Positions 52,546-64,000 of a DNA stretch of 64,000 nt are shown one piece after another. The notes beneath the pieces are model-generated. The model saw only the letters and a program-made list of their open reading frames with translations. It ran no database searches and was not told the DNA's origin. The DNA comes from Botryllus schlosseri (taxonomy: Eukaryota). Within the stretch, counting starts at the first letter, position 1; each line of letters begins with the position of its first letter. The translations under genes were made by a program, and so were the position numbers. The stretch spans positions 1,552,001 to 1,616,000 of the forward strand of contig CM119371.1 of assembly GCA_051294905.1 (NCBI GenBank). The letters are read 5' to 3'.

Positions 52546-53560
52546 GGGGTGTTCAAAAAAACTTAAAAAAAAAATTCATCAGCTTACCGGTAGTTGTCAA
52601 ATCATCAGGTTACCTAAAAAACGTTGCACACCAAATTTGACTCAATTCCAACCAGTAGAAGCCATAGGTCACTCAAATTGAAATTTCGGTCATTTTTGAA
52701 ATAATAGTATTCACGGTGACCAATTTCGTCGTACCGACATGACTAAAAATCGTGTTCCAGGCAGGGATGTCTTTTTCACTTGTTTCGCTCTTGATACGGA
52801 CCTACGATGGGGTTTGAATGAAGACATCGCCAGTAAACGAAAAAAATATATGACACGGACTACCTGTAAAATAGTTCACTTTATCGAAATAGACATGTCA
52901 GAACGATGGTGAGATAATTTTCAAATAGAGTAGGCCTACTTTACACACTGAAATTAACGACCACGAAAAGAAAATGAGCTGACAAGCAGGTAAAATCCAG
53001 GTATATATATTTCTCAAGTGATCAATATTCTTGGTCGGTCCAATGTAAATTTCCGCAAGATACAATTTGATATTATATGATATTTTATTATTTGCTCTGC
53101 ACCATTCCTACAGTACTACCACAGGCAAATTATAATACTTATGGTCATCATGACAGATCTTTTCCTATCAAAAGTTATCGTCCTCTATTCATGTCATCCT
53201 ACTCCATATTCGGTTACTATAATCTAATTGTATCCATATATCGTGGTAAACACCAATGCCTTATATAACTCTATGACAAGGGGGTCCTGGTGATATTGAA
53301 AGACCATATATTTTTTTTCGTTCACTGGCGATGTCTTCATTCGAAACCCACCCTGGGACCCTGTCAAGATCAAAACAAGGGAAACGACATCCCTGCCACT
53401 TCAGGCATACCCGAAACACGATTTTTGGTCATGTCGGTGTGATGAAATTGGTCACCGTAAATATTATTATTTCAAACATGAACGAAATTTCAATTGGAGT
53501 GACCTTGGCTTCTACTGGTTGGAATTGAATCGAATTTGGTGTGCAACGTTTTAGCAAGCT
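52546..53560. mobile_element. Degenerate MITE with long inverted arms, related to the 8909-9531 family
   Basis: 52620-52850 is the diverged reverse complement of 53310-53550; shares CACCAAATTTGACTCAATTCCAACCAGTAGAAGC with 8985-9025. Confidence 0.65.
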
Positions 53561-54609
53561 CAAATGACCTCTTTTTGAGAATTTATCCTCTTTTTTAAAA
53601 ATTTTGGTAAAATGTGTGTGAAAATTCAACTGAGAAATTTGAATTAAGTACTGAAGTAACGCTCCGGCAGGTCTTTCAGGAGTTGAGCCAGAAAGTTGAC
53701 ATTCTTTTACTTAACCAACTACAAACTTGGAATAAATTTGCGATTTTTTTCAAATTTCACTCCTGTATTTCAAGTCTGATTTTTTTTAAAGGTATCCTCT
53801 TTTCAGATTCTCAAAATATCATCAGTGGTCACCCTGATCGACACTCAATTCTGAGAAGGCGAAAAAGTGCTCAGTGAGTTCACAGTTTCATGCAAAAATG
53901 GACAACAAAGCAGTTATCTGCAGAAGTGGATAATATAATTATGACACCAAAATATAATTTAAATATCTGTGGGAGCACTCATTTTGCGCTTATGAGTCAA
54001 CATCTCCTTGGCTTCCAGAGAAACCCGGATCAAGATGTAAAAATAATAAACCAAATTTCAACGTCTACGTTTACGGTCAAATCGCTTGTATTCCTCACAA
54101 CGCTTACACAGGATTGTCAGATTCCGACTAAAACAAAGCAAGCATAGCAATTCGCCAACGTATATCGTCGGTCCGGCCATTCATCGTAATTTCGCCAATT
54201 CGGTTGTTTGCGAATAATGAAGGTATTGATGGAAAAGAACAAGATGGCCGTGATATAACGTGATTATTATAATGCGTATAAGCTTTATAATCAAGTATTC
54301 AAGTGAAAAACAAGGGCATGGATTTTAAGAAAATATTTTGGAATCATTTGACTGGTCCGGCCCGCGAGTGCTCTGAAAGTTTGACTCTGACCCGCGACGC
54401 CAGTTGAGTTTGACACCCCTGCTATAGATGAACAAATTACCAGGAATCACGAACTCCGCAACTGCGGTGGATATCACGGGCATGGAATATAACTTAATTT
54501 ATGTGGAGGGGACTCGAACTGTGCGGCAGAATTCAATGATAAACGTGTGATGGTGGGAGAAGAATGTCCAATATATCCAATGCAACTAATACTGGATGAT
54601 AAGTACTAC

Positions 54610-55002
54610 CTTCTTTCGCTGACAATCTTCTAACGTCTTCCTGAATTCATCTGCTTTCTCAACGTAAAACATTGCATGGATATGAAGGGGAACGGAAATT
54701 GCTCTCCCGCGCTCCAAAATTAGTTTGTAATCGTCGACGGGTATCTGGCCATTCACGGCAATATCCAGGAGATCCAACTAAAATGCATGAATTTTTTTTC
54801 AGACTTGAATATAGCCACGGAAGAGATCATTGGGTCCGAAGTCACATAAAATCATAGGTAAATTTAAATGCGTTTGGAAATAATTTATGAATCGAATCAG
54901 GAATCGTACTTGATACTTTTTCCAGCAAGTCTCAATCATCGACCAGTCCATCGACCAGATGTTTTCTTCTTCTTCTGTGCAATCGAGCACGATCTTGCTT
55001 AT
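54610..55002 (-). pseudogene. Two well-defined phase-0 exons (55002-54910 and 54777-54610) of the host gene
   Basis: TTCAG|93 nt|GTACGA and TTTAG|168 nt|GTAGTA, open and joined as ISKIVLDC...CWKKYQ-LDLLDIAVNGQIPVDDYKLILER...CQRKK. Confidence 0.65.
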
Positions 55003-55808
55003 CTGAACACAATATTGGTTTCATTAGGTAGGATTACTTGATTGTTATGATGTATTCCCATTTGAATAATTATCCATCCAGTTTCAGTACAATAGTACTT
55101 AGTATGAATTCTTCGATTCTCCATAATGCTTATACTACATCGGTTTTAGTCTCATCAAAGAACATGCTTTTTTTAAAATCTACTTATGAATATGATATGC
55201 ATTGTACAGACGGATGATATAGAAGATGATGGTCAAAGTAGTCATCGTCGGTGGTCAAGCAGAAGTAATGCCTTCAATTTTTACTCAAGTAGAGGTATAA
55301 GAATCAATATGCAGGTAGTAAAAAAGTGAGTACTCAAGGCCTAGTTTTGACTGAAAAATGAAAACCACAAATAGAATTGAAAGTATTCTAAAATCATAAC
55401 CACTTGAGCAAGTAGTTAGGTAGGAATAATCTACTTGAATTACTACGACAAGTAGAAGTACTTTGTTACTGATCACCTCTGGATATAGGTTGTAAGGAAC
55501 TCTGGCTATGTAACGTGGTCATGGTCACTCATGTTTACCTGAACTTACCTATATGCTTGGCACGGAGAAGCATACCTTATTTGAATTGTTAACTGCCAGC
55601 TTTCCAAAACTATTATTTGTAGCATGCATTGTTGATTTTCACCTCTGACAACGTCAATGCTTGAGCGTACAATTTCACTTATAAAATAGATGAAAAGTTA
55701 TCCATGAAGTACTTTATATTTTCCAGAATCAAAATTTATGAAAACTTAACACAACCTACTTTCTCCATATCAGAATACAAAATACAACAAGCAATTATTC
55801 TCGTAAAA

Positions 55809-56100
55809 TAGGGTTAACATATTCTGGAATCGGGTAAAAATGGTAAACTTTTTCTACTTCGTAGTCGGTTGACTATAAAAAAAGGTCAACTTTCGCTCAG
55901 CTCACGAAATACCCGCCTGACAGTTAGTTCAATGTTATTTTATGGTATCTCGGTCGGATTTTGCCCTGTGTTTCAGCAAAATTCTGAAAAAAGAGGACAA
56001 AATCTCAAAAAGGAGGACATTTAGGCGTCCTCAGAGGACATTTCCAATACCCCGATAAAGGAGGATAAGTCCTCATAAGAGAGGACGTATGGTAACCCTA
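55809..56100. mobile_element. hAT-like MITE with TAGGGTTA termini
   Basis: TAGGGTTAACATA / TATGGTAACCCTA; GAGGAC subterminal repeats. Confidence 0.65.
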
Positions 56101-57484
56101 TGTAACAGAACTGGTCAAGTAGAATTGGAAGTAGTCAAAAACATTGCCGCTTGAGTAAGTAGCGGAAGTAGGCAAAGTTTTGGAGAAGTACTAGTACTGG
56201 TTTGCTATCCTCATCTATTAACGAGTCACTTACATATTTCCAGAGTACATGGTTATTATGACAATTTCACTCATAATTTTAATGGAAACTTACGAACTGC
56301 TTAATACTTTTCAGAATGCAAATTGTAACCAGTAAGTAGACTTGCCGAAAAATTGCTCAAGTCGAAACGGAAAGACGACCACATGCGTAAGTACTCAAAG
56401 TATGAAAACTGTATTAACCCCATCCATCAAAAGACTACTTTTCAGAGTACAAAACAGGTTATGCCTACTTACATTACTAGCCCAATGTGTTTCGATTTTA
56501 AGCTACTTCCATTTATACTCGAACAGCTCTTTCACAAATGCACATACTTTTCACGCATTAGATTTCTAAAAGCAGAAATTCAAAAGTAGCCACCACTGAT
56601 AAACTGCAAAATATTTGCAAAACATCGACTAAAATACTTTTACTGAGTACCTTCCAGGCCGTACATTTTCTACTTTGAACAGGTTTTTTAAGAGCTAACT
56701 TTACTTGGAATTGTGTATAAATTCAAACCATTACTTCTGCTTGGACTTGGTTTGCGACGCTGACAACATTAACCACTTCTGCGTATACTCAGACCGACTC
56801 GCAATATTATGAACGCAAGTTAAGTAGAAATTGACAGCACAAGTTATAAATTGAAACTTGCATCTTACTGCACTGCGCATTCTCTCGTTACTAAAAATAT
56901 CGAATTCGATATCTTATAAGATTTTTGCATTATATGCTCTTATTAAAATAAGACCATCATATCCACTGTACTGAAATTGTGACTGCGAGCCATGAAATGA
57001 TGCCTTGAACCCTAAACGAATTGGCCACCTGCAAACTACCCAACCATAAATATTATTAATTCAAGGGCGCTCAAGAAATCATTCGGTTAGCCTACTTGTT
57101 TTTGTTAGATATTCAGGTATTGATTACTGGATTACCTACTGTAAGATGATGAAGTACATTTGATAGTAGAATAAAATAGAATAGTCAAATCGGTCACCCG
57201 TGATTCAGAGTTCAAATCCACACCAGACATGAAACTAAATAAATAGCATAAGAAAAATATATCTGTAGCAGACCTTTTTTACTTTAAACTCTGATAACTC
57301 CCGTAAACCAGCCTGCGTGACACCCAGTTCTTCAATCAATTTGACAAATTCTGCATTGAAGAGAGTGATCAAAAATTCCACTGTCGCGAGGGAAAGAACC
57401 ATTTTGAATGATAGAGTGGATTCCTGCGAAAATAAAGTGTTGCGAGTTAGGTCACAATCCCCCAACAAGATGCCCTAAGATATA

Positions 57485-57804
57485 TGTGTGACTGAAGAAT
57501 TTTATTAACAAAATTCAAAAGAAATATCAATGACTTGCAAACAGATAAATCAAAGTCAAGACACCTCACACCGTAAGGGTAAGAATAGGATGCCTTCGAA
57601 AATTGTCAATTTGGCGCGCCGCCCAAGAAAAATAACCGTCGTACAGAGCACTCAAACACAAACTCAATGAGAAAGCGCAACAGAATGTACAATATAGATA
57701 ATGCACACTAGGAAATTGACCCAATGAAAAAGCAATCAAGCAACCAAGCCAGTTAGATCGCTTTCGACTTGCGTATCGTACGATCATTCGAGGTTCGCTT
57801 TACA
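57485..57804 (-). mobile_element. Second solo-LTR-like copy
   Basis: Collinear with 23264-23621 (GAATTTTATTAACAAAATTC...CACCTCACACCGT...TTGCGTATCG...GCTTTACA). Confidence 0.55.
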
Positions 57805-60229
57805 ATAGTGACTACTGCTGCATACTGCGGGCTAGGCTAAATCGTCGCGTTCTGAGAACATATCTTTTCAAACGAGTCACCTGAAATAGCGCACGTGAAC
57901 CGCGTAACCGCTACATGCATTATATTGATCGAAACTTTTTAGGAAATATATTAGTCCGTCCACATCTATTTTGCGCCAAGCATGAATAAATTTTGGACTC
58001 TGCACCTGAATTTCGTCGTCTTGGTCTCTATCTTCCTCTCTGTGGAAGTACATAATACTTCTACTTGATAATTTGTAAATATCGAAAAGTAAGTTGGTAG
58101 ATCTCAAAATATGACAGAGTACAAGTACAAGTAGAGTGTCGGAAATATGATTTACTTGTTTAAGTGCTACAAGGACGGGAGTACTTGAGTACTTCGGAAA
58201 AGTAGAAGTAATTGGTCATTGACAAATTCTGGGTTTGAATTACCAGAATATTTAAATTAGCTTCAACTCTTAATCACCGTGTCATTGTATTGGGTATTTG
58301 AATTGACCAAAGTTGAATAACGTTAGATTCAAGGCTATTTGATTTAATAAAACCAAGCAATTCGATTCCAAATCACATCCCTTACAACGTTGTTTCAATA
58401 TATCGAAGCAGAACCTTGTCCAGAATATACGTTTAATAACCCCCCCCCCCACTCCCACACACAATGATTCAGGAAGAAGCTCTTCAATTATTCAGTGCCA
58501 AACTTCAAAATATTTTAAAAAGTTGTCTTGCTTGTACAAAACAACAAATGGCAGAAACCACATCCCTCGATTTAAAATGACATAGAATCCCGAAGGGAAT
58601 TGAAAATTAAAGTACAGTGACAACAAAAAATCTTCAAATTCAGCATGCAAAAAAATGACTTATGAAATTATCACATGCTGTAAGCTAGCTATTCCCTACA
58701 AAATTATCACAACTTCAAAACACTCCTAATTACGTCATGAGCTACAGCTTGGCGATACTACACTGCGAGCTGATCGCTTGACGTGCCTAGCGTTGTCTAC
58801 AATTGCGCGCATAGTGAAGTCAGTGAAATGAGCAATAGTTCAATCCATTCAGATGTATGGACTCGTTATCAAAGTTGAATCATCTTGATATCAAACCTTT
58901 ACGTTGAAGTGCCCTTCAATTGTAACCGCGCCAGTAATTATGCAACGTCCACTTATCTTGATGACATCATTAGTATGGACTCGTTATCGAAATTGAATCA
59001 ACTTGATATCCAACCTTGAAGTCAAATTGACCTACAATACAGTGACCACGTATCTTGATGACATCTTCTTCGTTCTTCAATTCAACCCCTCCATCTCCTA
59101 CAGTCAGCTTGACAATCTACATATTGTTCAGATTTGAAACGCGAAACGTGCATTTTATCGATCATCTACCAAATATCGTGACGTCATATCACAGATACAG
59201 TGACGACCGAAGCATCACAGATCATCATATGTTACACGACATCGGCACGGGTCACTGATTTTACCGGCGATTTTGTCAGTGGCACCATTTTGGAACATTT
59301 GCGACTCGATATCTCCGCAAACACTCGTTTATATGAGGCATGAATTATATTGGCCACATCAGGAGAAAAAACCCTACGAATCGAGACAAATACATTTTGG
59401 TCAATCTAGTTAATCTGTAAAGCAAATCGTTAGCAACCAAAACCATATTCCTGTATTAACACGAATTCACGAGTGAATTTTGTCTTTTGATCCGAGCGCG
59501 AAATTGGACAGTTTCCTAGTGTGAGCATGTAACTCAGAATTACTTCATGGACATCATATTGACTCCTATATTAAAGGAAGACAAAATGCTGCAGTCCAAA
59601 ACGCTGTTATGTTCAGTAAAAACTTTTTCGAAGCACACTTTGTTGATAAGGACTGGTAATTATCTGTTGCGTACCGACAATGTCTACATGCACACTCCAG
59701 AATTGTGACGATGCTAGCAATGTTACTTGTTACTCACGCAGTGCATTTTTTAGCGGCACGCGGCGTTTAATTACGTGAATGGCACATAATTTGTCAAAAT
59801 ATTGATGCACAACTTGATGACCGCCAGGCTGACGGGTATCTATGACGATGCTGATGATGTTACTTTTTATTTACGCAATGCATTGTGTAGGGGCACGCGC
59901 TGTTTGGTTACGTAAATGTGACATAATTTTTCAAAATATTGATGAACAATTCGATCATCGCCAGACCGGCTGGTATCGATCACACCAATATCAAATTTTT
60001 CACATTGCATTCATTTCATTGATTCCCAATTCAGTAAAAAGCGGATTATTGTTCACGAGGTCGTGGCGTTAGCTCTGCGCTCTTATTGCTGCCACTAAGC
60101 TGCATAATCCCCTATTTCACCAAATTCGATTACATAGCTCGATATTAATGACACAGTGCGGATATTAAAACATCATATCAGTGGGTAAATACGCTACGGC
60201 TTCGGAATGAAAACAGAGTAGAACTGTTA

Positions 60230-61077
60230 ATTTTTTTTCAGAATTCACAGGCTATGTGATAAAATTGTTAGGTTGGTTGAAACAACGCTGTAAACCAAAT
60301 TTGGCTTCAAATCCAACGAATAGAAGCAAGATTCTATGTGTAGAAAGTTTTGAATTTATAATTAAGAAAAAATTCAAAAGTATTTCTTTTTCAATCCCAT
60401 AAAATTGTTGAGCAATCAGTAGAGATGATGTATAACAAATTTGGCTCAATTCCAACCGCTAGGAGCAAAGTTATTGCCGTAGTGAAATTTCCATTCCATG
60501 ATTTTATAGGAAATAAATATTGCTTTCAATACAACATCCATTGTAATAAAATATTTAAACTCAAATACTGTTCGGCACACTAAAGGGATTTAAATGGATT
60601 TAGAAGCTAAACCAAATCCGTTCAACTCCCTTCAGTTTGCCGCTAACTCTTGAAAGAGGCAACAAAAATGTCTTCAAGTTTAATAAATATTCTACTACAA
60701 TGGATTTTGTATTGAAAGCTATATTCAAGTTCTGTACCACGAATCAGCTATTTGAATAATTAATTAAAGAGTTGCCTACCGTAAAATTATTTTATTCGAA
60801 TCCAAAATTTTTCTACCGCTATACCTTCGTTCGTAGTGGTTGGAATTGAACCACAATTGGTGTGCATCATCTCTACTGACAGCAATACAATTTTACGTTG
60901 TTGACAGAAAAATTTCAAAATTTTATTTTTTAATGATTAATCCAAAATTTTCTACTGCAAGAAAATCGCTTTTACTGGTTGCAATTGAGCCAAAGTTGGC
61001 GTGCAGCGTTGTTTTTGCCAACCTAACAATTTTATAACATAGCCGAAGAAATCGGAAGGTTTTTTTGAACAGCCCTA
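60230..61077. mobile_element. MITE of the AGGGCTGTTCAAAA family with the short IR element inserted at 60522-60754
   Basis: Similar to 8909-9531; ends TTGAACAGCCCTA; host sequence resumes after 60754. Confidence 0.7.
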
Positions 61078-62531
61078 ATGCAGAATGCTTTCTATCAAGA
61101 CTATGGCGTCACCAATCACGCGCGATTGTCACGTCACAAATCTCCGCATAGGCTACTCACATTAATTATAGTGGCTTGTTAGTACACAACTAAATCATAG
61201 AATCGATCTCACTTCCCAATCCAATTTTCCAGATAGCGATTCAATCCGACGATGCCCGAGAAGTGAACGTAGTGCTGTTGCTGAGATTTTGTTCACGAAT
61301 AAATTCACTTCCTTCACCTGGAATGATGAATGAAATATGAATACAATGTCTGCCAATATCATGTCAAACTAACAGAGCTTTGCACTGACTTATTCAGGGC
61401 ATATTTTGGAAGCTGAGTATGTTCAACATCATTGCGATCCCCATAACAAAGGCAAACGACCCTAGGTTTAGAGCCAGGGTCTTTTACTAATTCATTCAAG
61501 CGGCTTCAATAAATTCTAGGAATACACAATACACAATACTTTATAATTAAGAGTACACTTTGATTTAAGTGAATGATGGCTAATTTTATTCACTTTCGAT
61601 TTCATTTTTGCGAGTGAGGCGGCCACAGTAGGATCAACTGTAATTGTAATTGAGCTTCATGTAATTAATTTAATTTTTTCATGTTATTTTAATTGTCATT
61701 GAAGCATTTCTATTCTGTGTAATTGTAATTGTAATTTGATAAAAATTTTACAAATTACAATTTCAATTGCATTTTTATTGAAACCTGACAATCCCAACAA
61801 AATAATTAGCCCATTAACATGGGTGTTCTATGCGTACCTCGTTAACTAATTCAGCCATACTAAACTGTTTCCCATAGGCCAACTTCAGCTCCGACAAAAA
61901 ACTTGGTGAATTACAATATAGGCTATTGAACAAAATCTGACTATTTCATAAATGGACGAAAAGCAAATAAACTCTTCTGTAACCTGTGCTGAACCATTTC
62001 CTACACCAAGGTCAGTGTTTTATTTTATTCTCTTTCCAGTACTGAGGCTTCCTGCAGCAATTGCAAAAAGAAATTCAAGTTTTCAACCAAGACTTCGTCA
62101 CGCTAGATCACACATTCGTAGAGATGTTATCCCAGTCTTACCTCCTATCTTAGCTTAATTTACTGGGGCCAGAACCTCTCCGCATCCTAATGTTCATTAA
62201 ATGCAGTCGAACAGTTTTGAGCAAGTGAAAATGTAACTGCGAACCAAAATTTTGTATTTGGTACTTATGAGAAGCTTCTTTACTTTTGCATTTATTTTAA
62301 TCTCACACACCTTATCGGTATCATCCTTATTGCCTTACCAATTACATTTCATTCACCTTACTCAGCTCTGAGTATTCGTTTGAGTAAAATTCATTGACTG
62401 TCTTGTATCCTATTCGCTATTAGTCGTTGCCAGTCGCTAGAACTTTTGATCGATAGTAGTCGCTTATAAAAAAATCTATTTTTTTGTATTTTTCAGAGCT
62501 CATGATTAGGAATGGTTCGAATAGGTTCAAG

Positions 62532-62742
62532 CAGGGCTGTGGAGTCGGAGTCGGAGTCGGTGGAGTCGGAGTCGGAGTCGGGGTAATTTTCGCTTGATGG
62601 AGTCGGAGTCGGAGTCGGAGTCGTGAAAACTTTAATAGCTGGAGTCGGAGTCGGAGTCGGAGTCGGTGGGAAATACTGACTGGAGTCGGAGTCGGAGTTT
62701 GTTAGAATGACTATGATTTCGACTCCGACTCCGACTCCAACT
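62532..62742. mobile_element. hAT-like MITE end with (GGAGTC)n repeats
   Basis: CAGGGCTGTGGAGTCGGAGTC... with four (GGAGTC)n blocks and an inverted (GACTCC)n block. Confidence 0.7.
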
Positions 62743-64000
62743 TCTCTATCATGTAAACATTTGCTTTCGAAGAATTTTCAATATAATTTTTATGTACTAC
62801 CAATCACTGTTATTATTAACCATACAGATCAGCTGCGGCCAGCCCGTGGCACGCAGGCCAAATTTGGCACACGAGAAGGTTAGGTGTGGCCTGCGAGGTA
62901 ATTCTCGAAATTATTTATGACATCAGGTACAATTGCAAGGCCAACCAAAATTTGATTAGCATGACCGAGAAATTTGATTATGACTAAAACAACAGTTCTG
63001 AGGCATTGACGTATCCAGGGGTCAGCCACATTTATCCCAGATCTTCGTATATGACCATGACCATGAAGTAGAATATTTCATAGCAAATTTATTTGACTTG
63101 AAATTTTTCTCGGTACTTCGCATGATTCATTGTCACTAGATTTCTTGCATTCAGTACTTGAGCCCCCTTCTGAAAATTATAAGTACATATTCTTCACGGA
63201 ATTGAGTCTAACTATATTCGCAACTAGGAGATACGGCTTCGCTTGTGCACTCGCAGCGAGATCGTCGACAAAACATTTGCACTAAATGATAGAGGCATGT
63301 TCATTGTTCACTGATACCGTCGATTTTGCTATGTCTAAACGTCGAATAATCCTGTCCTTGCCAAATGAGCCCAGTGGTATACAGATGCGACCCCCAATGT
63401 ATGTTAGCGACATATTTATTGATATAGCTATAGCCTAATTCAGTCGTTATCTTGCAAAAAAAATTCGCGCTTCGCGCGACCAGGGCCTGATTGTGCACTG
63501 CACAGTTGGATGACATAATGTTATCAATTTTAGAGCGTAATAATATAAGTCTTGTTTGCAATGTTTCATAATTCGGTTCGCTCCTATCGACGACTAAAAA
63601 AAGGTTATCAACATTCCCGTTGCCCGCGCAATGGTTCGTAAATCTCAGGTGTCCCTTTCGCCGAAAAAGTTGCCCACCCCTGATAAAGATAAAAGACATT
63701 ACTTGCAAATTACAACTCAGTTGCAGAGGGGAAGAAAATTGTAAGATGCGTTTTCGCGATACAGTCAAAATTGATGCAATTTTTGGAATTATACCATGAT
63801 ACTGTGACAGAGAAAATGCATCGGCTGGTTTTGTAAAATTGTAACAATATGTAAATATGACCAAACGATGCTTCCCATTTGACAAAATTAAAAATATTTG
63901 TAGTGTAGCTTAGCTGTTTGGGTCGAACAAATGATTAAAAAAGACTGCAAGTCCCAATCCTTGAATACTTGATTAAGTACATGTAGACTAGACATAGCCA

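Larger units (their letters stand above)
3800..63680 (-). pseudogene. Long degenerate multi-exon host gene, tentatively RNF213 (mysterin)-like; extent approximate and may be more than one gene
   Basis: Minus-strand AG..GT-bounded segments at ~63680-63300, 58040-57881, 57423-57273, 55678-55549, 55002-54910, 54777-54610, 52171-51933, ~49177-48900, 48010-47863, 16580-16465, 15358-15246, 13455-13292, 11627-11541, 11165-11049, 10874-10791 and ~5366-3800. Three consecutive exons (55002, 54777, 52171) join in phase 0. Many exons contain stops. The family call rests on remembered resemblance only. Confidence 0.45.

Noticed and set aside
63681..63885. N-terminal part of the 194-aa ORF 63301-63885 as coding
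   Set aside because: It precedes a good acceptor (TTTTATCTTTATCAG) at ~63681 and is probably intron that happens to be open.

Overview
AT-rich animal (invertebrate-like) genomic DNA. I found no intact cellular gene: the window is dominated by nested transposable elements lying in the introns of a long, degenerate minus-strand multi-exon gene, tentatively RNF213/mysterin-like. The main feature is a 14,287-bp element at 31252-45538 with Polinton/Maverick-type ends (5'-AGTAGT...ACTACT-3') and a perfect 6-bp target-site duplication (CATGTA). It is almost entirely one palindrome: two ~6.68-kb near-identical inverted arms around a 921-bp spacer. It shows no recognisable pPolB, integrase or capsid ORF. 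Instead it appears to carry a tandem array of decayed, intron-containing paralogous genes of unknown function. It sits inside a 22-kb CMC/EnSpm-like element (24480-46687). Also present: the 3' end of a CR1/L2-group LINE split by a hAT MITE, tRNA(Cys)-derived SINEs, a frameshifted hAT (hATm-like) transposase, two solo-LTR-like repeats and many MITEs, several with perfect 8-bp TSDs. Family assignments come from recognising motifs by eye, not from database searches.
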